Part shown: in pieces, positions 51,540 to 64,000 of the stretch | Layout of the letters: the number at the start of each line of letters is the position of its first letter | How positions within the stretch are numbered: position 1 is the first letter of the stretch | Source of the DNA: Nemertoderma westbladi | Lineage: Eukaryota; Animalia; Xenacoelomorpha | Reading direction: 5' to 3' | Length of the DNA: 64,000 nucleotides | Assembly: GCA_032718475.1 (NCBI GenBank) | Contig: JAUCBJ010005652.1 | Coordinates: 1-64,000 of the forward strand | The notes under the pieces: model-generated | What the model was told of the DNA's origin: nothing | The model's database searches: none | Seen by the model: only the letters and a program-made list of their open reading frames with translations | Program-made: the position numbers and the translations under genes

Positions 51540-54465
51540 TTGGGAGTCCCTAGATGTCTGTTGGATTAGGGAGGTGGTCGTGGGAAGAGTATCTTGCCTT
51601 CCATAGTTTCCGGACAGTTCTCTGTCTCTCTCCAGTAAACATAAACGACCAACTGGGCGATTGAGCTGCTGCGTCTCGAATACAATTCCCGGTTTATTAA
51701 AGTTACGTCGCATGACGACGAGTTCTACCGATTGCACTAAACCGTCATCTGAGATATGAGTCTCGATGATACGACCTGTCTGCCACCGCTTACGTGGAAG
51801 ATCTGTTTCCACAATAAGGACCATGTCTCCGGCGCTGACGTTTTCTTGCTGTGCAAACCACTTGGTTCGAAGTTGTAGCGTGGGCAGATAATGTTTTTCG
51901 AAATGGTCAGCGAAACGACGGGATAATAACTGCATAAGTTGCCAAGTTTGTCGGCAGTATTCGTCTCCGTCCATGATTTCCAATCGTGGGAGCATGGCTA
52001 CAGGTTTCTTCAGTAGGAAGTGCGCGGGTGTTAGCGCTTCCAGGGAGTCGGGACTCGATGAGACTGGCATAAGCGGTCTTTCGTTAAGATAGGCGGCGAT
52101 TTCTTCCATTAACGTCCGCAAAAGTTCGTCGGTGAGATACGCGCGGCACGGCACTATAAAGTGAAATGCGGTCTTCAGGCTTCTTATTAACCTCTCCCAA
52201 CTTCCTCCCCACCAAGGGGCGTCGGCGGCGTTGAATGTCCAGCTAGATGCTGTTACCCTTAGCTGATCGTCCACCTGTCTTTGGTTCCAGTCTCTAACGT
52301 AAGCCTTGATCTCATTATTGGCGCCAATGAAGTTCGTTCCCTTATCAGATCTCATCGTGTTGCTAGTTCCAAAGCGACTCAGTATGACTCAGTAGACTCA
52401 GTATGAAGCTGTTGGTAGATAGATCGTTCACCATATCTAAATGGATCGCTCTACAAGTCATACAGACAAAGATGACACACCATCGCTTGACTATAGTCCT
52501 GGCACGATATACTTCAATAGGGCCAAATAAATCCACACCGGTATTAGTAAAGGGTGGTTCATAGAAGCTTACTCGTTCCCTAGGTAATTCTGCCTCTCGC
52601 TGTGTTAAAGGGTACTGGATGCTTTCCTACAGGGTATACAGTTCCTAAGAACTTGGTTCAGAGCTCTACGGGGTTTATGAAAATAATAGCGAGTTCGAAT
52701 TTCGCTAAGAACTCGTTCTCTACCAGCATGGTAAAGCTTACTGTGAACATCTACAATCATCTTGATTTGTATTTCAAAATTTCTAATGAGTATGGGAAAC
52801 TTAGTGTCAAAGGATAATGGAGCATTAGTTAGTCTCTCTCCAACTCGTATTAACCCATCTATCATTGTGCTAGAGAAACGATCCCTTAAGCGCATCTGTG
52901 GATTTCTCAACAACAGGAAATACTTATCGGAATCTTCATAGCATTGCAGGAGTCTCAGTATCTGCTTATTGGTTTCTTCATGCTCCTGGAAACTGATCTT
53001 CTCCGTCAGAAACCTATCTATTTTATATTTGGAATATCTTTAATAGCATGAACCTGCACAGATGTCTGTGGAGCGGTATCACTAGCGATCTTCGTCCTGG
53101 AGTAGTGATAATGGAAGCATCGCTTCAAATACGCAACGGCCTTACAAAGCCGATTCCAGGAGCTATAGTGATGTATCGCTCTCTGTAGGAGAGGTGAGAG
53201 TCCCTGCGAAACGTCTGGTGTTCCAGATTTCCAGTCTCTCTCTCTGATTTCCACAACAGACTTATTTGTGGCGGGGAAGTTTAGATCCACAGCGTCGTCT
53301 CCGGAAATATGTAGTACAGACAGATCTATCACGGGTTTAAATAACTTCGATTTACTCGTCCGGGTTTTAGGTTTGACTTTCTCCGCTCCCTTGGCTTGTC
53401 TAATCTCAGCCATGGTGAGATGAGGAGGCCATTCATCTTCTTCTTTACTTAGGAAGTCGGGTCCACCTAACCAGTCTGGAGTGTCTACCAGTTCTTGAGG
53501 AGTTGCTCCTCTGGAGGCGATGTCGGCTGGATTAATCGTCCCAGGGCAATGTCTCCATTGATCTACACTAGTGCGACTAAGTATAATGGCTACTCTGTTG
53601 GTGACGAAGACGCTGAACTGACAGACTTCATTGGTTATATACTCCAAAACGAGTAAAGCGTCGGTCCAATAGACAGTTTTCTCCAGTGGATAGTCGATCT
53701 GTTCTGTGACATTCCGGCCGATGGCTGTAGCGTATAGAGCCGCCTTTAACTCCGCTCGAGGAACTCGTAGCTTGTTGTTTATCAAGGCCTTAGAGGTAAC
53801 CAAGGCAACTTTAATTCCATCCGGAGTTTCAACCTCAGGTAGGCTACTATACCTATTCCCATATCGCTGGCGTCTCCAAACACATGGAGTTGATAGGAAT
53901 ACGTGGGGAGAACATGACCAAAATATGAACGGGAAATCGTAAAGTTCTCGATGGATGGTAGAGAATCTTCCCATTTCATCCACTTCTTTAGTAGTTCTCC
54001 CTTAAGTGGATCGTCCCACGAGTGGTTTTCAAGCCACATTTGTTGAACTAAACTCCGAGCAACCAATATAACTGGGCTAATAAATCCCAATGGATCGAAA
54101 TAAGTGCTCAGGATACTTAGACAAATCCGTTTAGTTCGAACTGGATTATCTCGCTGTTTTAGCTGGAAAAACAGGATATCTCTCTCCGTGTCCCATTTCA
54201 AACCAAGCGTCTTGGTTTCCGGAAGATCGTCCTTGATTAGGTCTAGATCTTTAACTCCTCGGTCTTCTACCGGGATCGATTCCAGAAACTCATGGGAGTT
54301 ACTGGTGAATTTAGTTAGTCGAAATCCACCACGTTTCAAACACTCTACCGTTCCCTTGGCAACATCAATGGCTTCTTCCACCGATGGGAGGGACTTTAAA
54401 TTATCGTCCATGTATATATCCCGTTTGATGTTGTCGATAACCGCTTTAGAGAAGTTGTCATCAGC
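51540..54465 (-). pseudogene. pol of element 2 with several frameshifts
   Basis: RT, RNase H, zinc-finger (H..YH...C..C) and integrase motifs spread over ORFs 53782-54411, 53018-53983, 52605-52913 and 51444-52355. Confidence 0.92.
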
Positions 54466-55642
54466 TGTAAAAGCTTTTGTGGGATAACTGGTTCGTTTGC
54501 CTTGCTGGCCAGTTCCCCCCCCCGGTCGCTAGAATACTCTAAAAGGGATTTATAGCTAAAATAGTGCAAGCTACCAGCTTATTGACTGATTTGCTGTACG
54601 AAGGTATCTGGGCTCCGTTTAATCGGCCAACCAGCCTAGGAAAGTTGCGTCATAGCCCTATTTCTGTATCTGCCAATAGAATTTGAGTTGGCTTTGATCT
54701 TGACCTATCACAGAGCTACTGAACTGAATTTTCCTATCTCACTGCTCTTTCTCTGTGTTGGACGGGAGCTTCGTGGAATAAGGGTAGCTGGTATTCTTAT
54801 AGTTATTCTTATCAGTTTTTAGTGTTGTTGGTGATTCTAAGCCAGGAAGAACGGCTTTAGCCCTACACTAGTTGGCTTAATTATAAGGACATATATCCGT
54901 TATCTGATGTCTGATCACTGCATACCATACATTCAACCATACCTAATCAAACAACCTGTGCATACTTTATATTGTTATACTGCTATTTACTGTCAGTTCT
55001 TCATAATATGGTTGATGAATTATTATATTTGGAATAACGATAAATAACCCCGAAACCCAATATTCTTGATATACCGAAGGTAAGAGAGAAGGGTTACATA
55101 TAACAATTGTGACTTATGTTGGAGTGGTTTGAAGTGAATCTAATGTTATTTGATAGACCCTACATGATTCGGTCCGTGTTCCTTTTATATGTGACTAAAA
55201 TCAGTGAAGATCGGCAGATCAGTGTGCAGTATTGTGCAGCATTGTGTATGAGTGAACCTGATAACGAAGCATTTCCTAAAGAATGCGCCATATATGTGAA
55301 TTATAACTAAGCCATATCGTTGTGAGTAGTTTAAGTCATAACTCTGTTTGTATAAATAGAGCGCCACGTCCTAAAGGAACTGTTAATATTCCCCGAAGGT
55401 GAATAATATTGTCAGAGATTATATAATACTGTCAGTCGAATAATACATTAGGCTTACATAGCAATAAAATTAAGCCGTCGAACCCAATCTCCCGGGTATA
55501 TCCAGCGGGTGAATGATCGCGCACAGATTGGTTTCGACTAGTGTAGTGAATTAAATACTTGTCATAGGCTAAAGGTGATTTATTATCTAGAAGACATCCT
55601 AATTTGGCGGGTTAAACTGCCAAAGGTCTGAAAGCGCGAACA
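54466..55642 (+). repeat. 5' LTR of element 3 (1177 bp)
   Basis: TGTAAAAGCTTTTG...AAAGCGCGAACA; the last ~780 bp closely match the element 1 LTR. Confidence 0.95.
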
Positions 55643-57906
55643 ATAACGGATATTGCTTCTTTATTGCAGTAAGCAATAAAGTTGAAAGTACCGGTCAACC
55701 GGTAAACCTGAACGGTACATCTGTAGGTCAGTAGGCCCAACTGCCAGAACCGGTACTGCCGTAGGCCCGTAGGTCCAACTGCCAGAACCGGTACTTCTGT
55801 AGGTCCGTAGGCCTAACTGTCCTAACCGGTACTTCCCGTATAAGTACAGCAGTATTATTCGATTTGATTATATATGCCAGTAGGTCTTAATAATTAATCG
55901 GGGACGCCTGGTTTTTATTGGGATTTTACTTAGGCCTATTTCTGTCAGTTTTATTTATTTGTAGGCCAGTATTGAACAGAAGGCGTGTAAGCCTGAACAG
56001 ATTGTGCAGACAATTTGTAGGTTGAACTGTTGTCTGATTGCTGTTAGGTCTGAACGGATTGCAGTGTATGTAGATCACCTGTCCGATAAAGAACGGTTAG
56101 GAAGTAGGGGCAGCGAATGCTGTAAGGTAAACCCCCAACTAAAGAATAAGTCGTACTACTGGGTTAGAACGCATACTACCTAATTATTTCGGAGTCTGCA
56201 TGTCCTGTAGTTTATTTAGGCTTGAGAGTAGTCTGCCATCGTTGAGTCTGTACTTTGTTTGTGTAAGTCTGTACGGGTAGCGTATAATATTTATTTAGAT
56301 AATTTGTAGGCTGGATAGTTGTCTGGCTGTTATTAGGTCTGAACGGATTGCAGCGTGTGTAGATCACTTGTCCGATAAAGAACGGTTAGGAAGTAGGGGC
56401 AGCGAATGCTGTAAGGTAAACTCCCAACTAAAGAATAAGTCGTACTACTGGGTTAGAACGCATACTACCTAATTATTTCGGAGTCTGCATATACCGTAGT
56501 TTGTTTAGGCTTGATAGTAGTCTGTCAGTGTTCGGTCTGCATTTTGTTTGAGTAGTTTGTACGCGTAGCGTAATATTTATTATTCAGAGTTTATGCGATT
56601 ATCCGCAACATTCATTCCCCAAGTTTATTCCTACAGTAATTGTGTTTGTTATACATACCGCTATAGTTAAATTAACCCCGGTACTACACGGGCTGCTTGG
56701 CGTAGGTAAAGACTGGTGATTTTGTGCATCGGTCACTCCAGCAGATGCCGTGGTTCTTTTAGCTGTTCAAGTATATTTAACTACAGATTATATGTTATAC
56801 AAGTACTCGTACCTAATTTAGGGTTTAGTGTACAGTGCTTTCCGAAAGTAATTAGTGTAGGCATTATATTTGTGTTGTAAAGTGGTTGATAGGCACGTTC
56901 GATTAGCTCTATTAACTTCTAGGTAGGAACACTCCGTGATACATAACGTAGTACCTATAGCGATACGGCTATAGGTCGTCAGGCGGTGGTATTTTCCTAT
57001 CTGGACAACGCAGTGTACTTACTACTACGTATTATTTTCAAATACCGCAGTACCCTGTCAGTTGTAATAACCAGATTTCTAACCCTTTGTTAGGCTGGTT
57101 TGTAGACTTCTTGTAAAATTACACTAAAAATTCGTATTTTGTGTTTTTTGTAAATTTTTGTGTTTATTTAGAGATTGTAATCTCACCCGAATTGTACGTA
57201 ATTTGTAGTATTAAGTAACTTAGGTAAATTAGCATTATTTGTTTTAGTGTCCTATAAGTAACACTTCACTGAAAGCGCACCGCTTTGTGTAGTGATTACT
57301 CCCCAGAAATAATAACATTTATTTCAAACATTGACAAAACCCATTAAAGGGTATATATATATTATAAATCAACTCAAAAGATTTATAAATAGTAGGCCTA
57401 CCATACAACCATTAGGTCTCCATATCAGTTGGTCTACTGCTCAAATAGCAGTAATAAAGTAAGTAAAGTAACCAAGTAACCCTAAAAATTCAGAAATTCA
57501 ATTATTTAATATAATTGATATACCGGTATTTACGATAGGCCTATTATCTTTATTTCTATAAATCTAGGCTGAAATTATACCGGTACTTGTAATTAATTCT
57601 ATTCCAGAATTATATATACTACAAACTGTAAGCTGTATACCGGTATTCCCGATAGGCCTATTATATATTTATATATATTTGTGCTAAAATTATACCGGTA
57701 TTCTGAGATAAACCTAGTCTGTAATAATACTTATATAGTTATATATATACTATAAGTATACCGGTATTCTAATATATTATATATATATATCACGCTACAC
57801 TGAGTAGCAGTATCGGTAATTAATTACTAGGCTAGCAGTTAATACTGAATTACTAGACTTGCTCAGACTGTAATACAGCAGTAGACATTCAACTGTATAC
57901 ATAGAC

Positions 57907-60900
57907 ATGTCTGATACTAAGCAGAACCTGTCAGACAGTTTATTAGATGTAACTATCTGCGACTCAGATAGAGACGTAGAACCGTCTGGTCGTAAGTTCA
58001 GTTCACCTCCCACTGTGAGGAAGGTCATCCCTCCAGTAGTAATAAAAGAACCTAGGCTGGTCCAACATCGTAGGTCTATCATAGGCACTCGAGCTCAGGT
58101 CAAACGGGACCAAGAAGCAGCGGAACAGCAACAACCCGCGAGCCAAGAACTTATTTCTCAGCGGCCCGACAGCTCCAGTAGTGAAGATACGGTAGAACTG
58201 ACACCCGAACGCGGAGCAAGGATGACGGATGAGGCTTATTCAGATCCCCTTCTCATCCTTCCTGCAGCCGTACTCACTAGGTTATTGATCGCTGTGGAAG
58301 AACACCAGATCGATTGGGCGAGAAGCCAGCGTTCAACTAGAGATAGTTATGCTGGATACACAAGGGAAGAACTGAAGTCCATGGTCGAGTCGCAATGGAA
58401 CTTCCCCGGACCCGGACTCCCGTTTGATTTATCCGAAGCTGCCTGGGAAGACATACACCGGATGGGAGTAGCCAAGGAAACCATCGATCCAGCTGTGTGG
58501 AAGAGGTCCGCAGCCGGATACGCACAGGGATTCTTCAGCTCTATGGAGCGAGTAGAAAAACAACTTTTACAACAACCTCAAGGACCTCAAGAGCAGGGAC
58601 AGCTGCTTTATCAAGTAAGAAAAATAATTCTACGAATCAGGTTAATATTATCGGCCTTTGAGGAGGCTTCTAAACGAAGACAAGACACGTCGTTGCAAGT
58701 TGCCGTAAAGACTTGGTTTCAACGGGTGAGTCGCCAAGTTCAAGGAACAGCTCAGTGGAAAGCTCAGCTGGAGGAGCGCTCAACCCATGGAGAATCAACA
58801 GACGCTACTTATTCCCAAGTGGAAAGTGAAGCGACGGCAGAGAAACCGCATAAGAGGGATGCCATTGACATCTATCTGTCGGACTATCAACGTTTTTTAG
58901 GTGATGACGAACTGAGGAGAAGGTTAGATGGACTTAGCCCTAATAGCGAAGGAACTCAGCTTGTGTTGGATGCCATCGATGTGGAAATGAGGGCTGCTAA
59001 CCAGGCTAAATTCGATGAACAACTCCGCATCACTAGAGAACAAGAAGAACAAGTAAGGAAAAAACGTATAGAAGACAGAAAGGCAGCAGCAAAAGCAGAG
59101 GCAGAGGCAAAAGCGGCAGCAGCAGAAGCAGCGGCAGAGGCAAAAGCGGCAGCGGCAGAGGCAAAAGCGGCAGCAGCAGAAGCAGCAGCAGAGGCAAAAG
59201 CGGCAGCGGCAGAGGCAAAAGCGGCAGCGGTGGCGGAAGCAGAACGGAGAGCGGCTGAAGAGATCGCCCAACTGGAGTTGGAAAATCTTCAAGAGAAGCA
59301 AGACGACTTCAGTAAACAGTTAACAGCTAGTAATATGCAGATGATGAATCGATCTACTCCCAAAAGACAGGGATATACATCATCTGAAGAAGGCGATACC
59401 ACCGATACTGAAGGCAAAGGAAATAGATCTCGTCTAAGCAGACGTAAAAGAACATTCCACCGTCAGAAATTGCCTGATTTGCCTCCAGCTGTTAGAAGGC
59501 AACTAAATAACACCAACTTAGGTAGTACAGAGCCCACAGTCCAAATAATTAAAATAGAAAGACTCCCTACTATAGTAGATGAGCCTGAAATAATTAGGCC
59601 TGTTCTTGAAATCACCCCTTCGGTGATAGACACACCTGTGCTCCCTGAAGCCACCTCTAAATTCCCTCTACATAGCACTAAGCTACCTGTGCCCAGTAGA
59701 ACTGCCCAGGAGACAGTTCAGGTCCTGGACCCCGAGCGAAATATTCATAATTTGTCGCCCGTTGTCCCTCGTCCGCCCGCTACAACGTTGGCGACTCCCG
59801 CTTCGGCGGTCGAATGGGTGGACGAGAGACGGCGGGGGATGGATATCCTGCTCGGGCAGATGCAGGAGACTGTCCAGCAATTCAAGGGCACAGTAAGGGA
59901 AAGTAGGCTAGAGTTGCAAGAAGTGCAGCAAAGTATCGCGCTAGAACGAGATAAATTAGTAAATACGCAAAAGGGTATACCACCACCCTCTGTAACAATG
60001 TGTCAACCTGTTAGGTCTGAAGTATCTCATGCGCAAGGTGTGGAGCCTACACGCATATATACTGCTAGCGAAGTAGAAACTCCTATAGTAAACCCTATTA
60101 AGGGTAATTATAGACCTGTTGATAATGACATTCCCTATAGACCTGATCATAATCCACGAAATTTATATACCGATAACTCGATATTAAATAACACGATGGC
60201 CCAAGAAAGTTTTACGCGTCAAATGGCTAGAACCGAAGCCCGGCAAGCGGTAAAGGTGGGAGAGATCGTCAAGTTCAATGGAGATGAGATGAAATGGTTA
60301 CCTTTTAATGAATATTACAAAGATAACATACAGAACTCTGTACTATCTAATGGAGAAAAACTTAGATACCTCATCGAGTGCTTGGAAGGATCTCCCAAGT
60401 TAATGGCGTTAAAGTTTATTGGACATCCAGACGGATTAAGACAAGTTTGGGACACACTAAACATCAGGTATGGTAATAGGAATAATATCGCTAAGTATTT
60501 ATATGCAAAATTAGTAGCGCCCAGAAAGTTCATCAGCAGTGGGATAATAGAGTTTTCCGATGAGATTCAAGAGATCTGTAGACAATTAGATTGGTTAGGT
60601 AAGTCTCATGAATACCAAAGTTCTATGGTCATTGGAGCTGTGGCTTCTACTTTACCGAAAGGTGGGGTAGGCACACGCTGGGATAAGAAAGTACTATATA
60701 TGATGGAACAACAACGACGAGACCCTACCATGGCTGAGCTCATGTCATTCTTGGATGGAGAAGTGAAATTGCAACTCCTCAAGCAGTCCCGAGAGAAGAC
60801 ACCGGAAAACAAGGTAAGTGAAAAACCCGTCTCTAGGAGAAAGGTAACACCAGTGTGTTATACAGACGACGGCGAAAGCCGGACTTCTCAAGGAGAAGAT

Positions 60901-63900
60901 AGCGGGAAAGACACTGAGAGATCTTATTACGTAAATAAAATTCCTAAAGATCAGGTGAGTAAATTCAAGTCTCGATCAAATGACAGGAGAGAACAGGTAA
61001 GAAAAACTCCTCCTACGTCTCCCAAGAGAATTCCGGTGAGAAAGCCCGAAGAAAGGGCAAGTGTACACAATGTGACTCAAAATAAGGTAAGTAACATCAA
61101 ACCGAAATGTGCGCTGTGTGACGGGACCCACCGTTTGAATATGTGTGATGAATTCCTGAAGAAGTCATTAACGGAGAGACGCGAAGTCATGTGGGATAAG
61201 CGGTTATGTTATAATTGCCTCAGACAAGGACACCAACGGCGTACCTGTTTCTCTGACATAAGGTGTGCAAAGTGTGGTGCGAAACATCATATCTTGTTGC
61301 ACGCTGAATTCGATCGAAATAGTCCGAATCAGGTAAGTGATTCCGAGCTACATGTCCAATTCAGTGATGTGAACGACACTGATCAATCTGAGATGGAAGG
61401 ATTCTATACAGACGAGTTCTCCGACGAAAACGAATCCTGTTACATGATAAATACCGCAGTGTATCGAGCACTCACCTATGAAAAGGATACAGACAACGAC
61501 TTCACTCTAACTACTTCTGAACGACAACCATCTTGGAAAGAGCCATCTTCCAATGTAGGGATCCGAGAGTTTCCTGTGGTGCAGGTAAGGGTTCACGGAC
61601 CTAAACGGAGTTATGTAGTGAACGCCCTCCTGGACTCCGGCAGCACAGGAACATTCATCGACAAAGAGCTAGCCGAAGATATATTTGCTGGACAACCCAA
61701 GTTCCAAACTAAGCTCAACATGTCCGGCATTATGCAAGTTTGGAAATCTACAATCACAGCGGATTATTATGTAGGAGCGTTGTCCACCCCCCAGGACGAA
61801 CTAGGAGAACATAGCATAAGGTCAGTGAAAATGGTGGCTATAAAGAACTTCGCTACTACTCAAGCAGACCTTTATAATTGGGACGAGGATGAGAGCATCC
61901 AACATCTTAACATACCTCGATTCCAGACTGATTATCCTGGAGTGCAAATACTCATCGGCCAAAATGCGCATGAGGCGCTGGAGACATTAGAGAAACGGCC
62001 TGCTCAACCGCAGCCCCTACAGACCTATGCGGTAAGAACTAGAGTAGGTTGGTACTTTACTGGCCCTTCCCGTAGAACACTCAGAGAAAGACTACCGCAA
62101 GAGAGAGTCTGCCAGGTGAGTGAATGGGAAGATGATGCTAGTGAAGGAGACGATTCAACTGAGGGAATTCCTTACTCCTCAGATAACGACGACGTTCACC
62201 AGCTTTTTGATGAGGAGAATACCATCGATCTCCTTAAGGAAAACGAGGCTTGGCAAAACCAAGTGAACTTATGTCAACTTCTCTATCCATCTGAACGAGA
62301 AGCTTACAACGACGAGTTAAATGACGTCATTGAGCGTTGCAATGCCAAGACTCGAGATGAACATGCAGTACGATTCTTTACGCAAGAGGCGGTAGAGCCC
62401 AATTCCTACGATAAAGCCTTGTCGGTGGAAGAGGAAAGGGCCAAGCAGATCCAAGAGACAACTACACGTTTCCTCAAAGATCAAGGAAGGTACGAAGTCG
62501 GTTTACCTTTTCGCAAGAGAGAACCGAAGTTCATCAATAACAGACCTTTGGCGGAAAAAAGAATCGCGCAACTCCATCGACGCCTTACGGCTAATTCTTC
62601 AGCTTCATTCTTCAGCTAAAGTGTATCAAACACAGCTGGAAAAATTTATTAGTAAGGGATACGCGGAGAGAGTACCGGAAGAAACACCTGTGACTGAAAG
62701 AACGTATTACTTAACTCACCATTACGTTCCTAAACCCGGTAAGCCACACGAAGTGAGAGTAGTGTTTGATGGCTCCGCTCTTTACATGGGTCAATCCCTT
62801 AACTCTGAATTGTTACCCGGACCCAACTTGCTTCAATCTTTGTTGGGAATTCTTTTAAGATTGAGACAATATTCGATTGCTTTCGCCTCCGATATAGAAG
62901 GCATGTTCTTACAAGTCAAGGTGCTAGATAGGGATCGAGATAGTCTACGATTTCTGTGGTGGCCCGAAGGAGATCTCAACCAGAAACCGGTGGAGTACTG
63001 GATGACCATCCAGGCCTTTGGGATAATCTCAAGCCCTTCCAACGCCTGTTCGGTAGTGCGTACCACTGCAGAGGACAACCGAGAGGCATTCTCTAAGGAA
63101 GTGATCGACAACATCAAGAGAGACATATATATGGACGACAATCTGAAGTCCCTTCCATCAGTTGAGGAAGCCATTGAGGTCGCTAAAGGAACGGTAGAGT
63201 GCTTAAAAAGAGGTGGGTTTCGATTAACGAAATTCACCAGCAACTCCCGTGAGTTTCTGGAGTCGATCCCTGCGGAGGATCGAGGAGCGAAAGATCTCGA
63301 TTTGATCAAAGATGATCTGCCAGAAACCAAGACACTCGGCTTGAAATGGGACACAGAGCGAGATATCCTGTTTTTTCAGCTAAAACAGAGAGATAATCCA
63401 GTTCGAACCAAACGGATTTGCTTAAGTATACTGAGCACTTATTTCGATCCATTGGGATTTATTAGCCCAGTTATATTGATTGCTCGTAGTTTGGTACAAC
63501 AAATGTGGCTTGAAAACCACTCATGGGACGATCCACTTAAGGGGGAATTATTGAAGCAGTGGATGAAATGGGAAGATTCTCTGCCAGCTATCGAGGATTT
63601 TATAATTTCCCGTTCATATTTTGGTCATGTTCTCCCTACGTATTCCTATCAACTCCATGTGTTTGGAGACGCCAGCGATATGGGAATAGGTATAGTAGCC
63701 TATCTAAGAGTGGAAACTCCGGATGGAATCAAAGTCGCCTTGGTTACTTCTAAGGCATTAATCAACAACAAGTTGAAAGTTCCTCGAGCGGAGTTAAAGG
63801 CGGCTCTATACGCTACAGCCATCGGCCGGAATGTAACAGAACAGATTGACTATCCATTAGAGAAAACTGTCTATTGGACCGACGCTTTACTCGTGTTAGA

Positions 63901-64000
63901 GTATATAACCAATGAAGTCTGTCAGTTCAGCGTCTTCGTTACCAACAGGGTAGCCATCATACTTAGTCGCACGACGATGGACCAATGGAGACATTGCCCC
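57907..64000 (+). CDS. Gag-PR-RT-RNase H polyprotein of element 3, with one frameshift from a 13-nt insertion near 62605; open to the window end afterwards
   Basis: 1570-aa ORF with knuckles and ALLDSGS, then RVVFDGSA, SDIEGMFLQV, IYMDD, LHVFGDAS; ATTCTTCAGCT duplicated at 62594 and 62607. Confidence 0.92.

Larger units (their letters stand above)
47062..54465 (-). mobile_element. BEL/Pao element 2, 3' part (RT from near YMDD, RNase H, integrase, accessory ORFs, 3' LTR)
   Basis: IYMDD, FDPLGFISP, LHVFGDAS, NPADIASRG, SDKGTNF, PWWGGSWERL; cut at 54465 by the element 3 LTR. Confidence 0.95.
54466..64000 (+). mobile_element. BEL/Pao element 3, 5' part, runs off the window
   Basis: LTR, 2.3-kb leader and gag-pol; inserted into the RT of element 2 (expected TSD TCAGC, 54461-54465). 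Confidence 0.95.

Overview
AT-rich eukaryotic (invertebrate animal-like) genomic window. The left third holds the last two exons of a kinesin-3 KIF16B gene (FHA, coiled coil, PX), intronless NDOR1 and a divergent intronless SDHC, interleaved with minisatellites, MITEs and decayed DNA transposons/LINEs. From 22.5 kb on it is a nested transposon cluster built on three related BEL/Pao LTR retrotransposons. Element 1 (22547-43998, +, 5-bp TSD CTCTC) is internally deleted and carries an IS3EU-type transposon with an alpha-kinase gene in its 5' LTR and an Academ transposon in its 3' region. Element 2 (47062-54465, -) is inserted in a Tc1-like transposase. Element 3 (54466 to window end, +) is inserted in the RT of element 2. 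Main candidates for something new: (1) these BEL/Pao elements have no TGG tRNA primer-binding site; the 11-12 nt after the 5' LTR are instead the exact complement of a motif inside the LTR, suggesting Tf1-like self-priming; (2) they carry unknown 3' accessory ORFs and duplicated structured RNA motifs; (3) the IS3EU cargo alpha-kinase looks intact; (4) SDHC has lost the heme-ligand His and two other conserved His residues. All family calls come from motif recognition by eye; no database searches were run.
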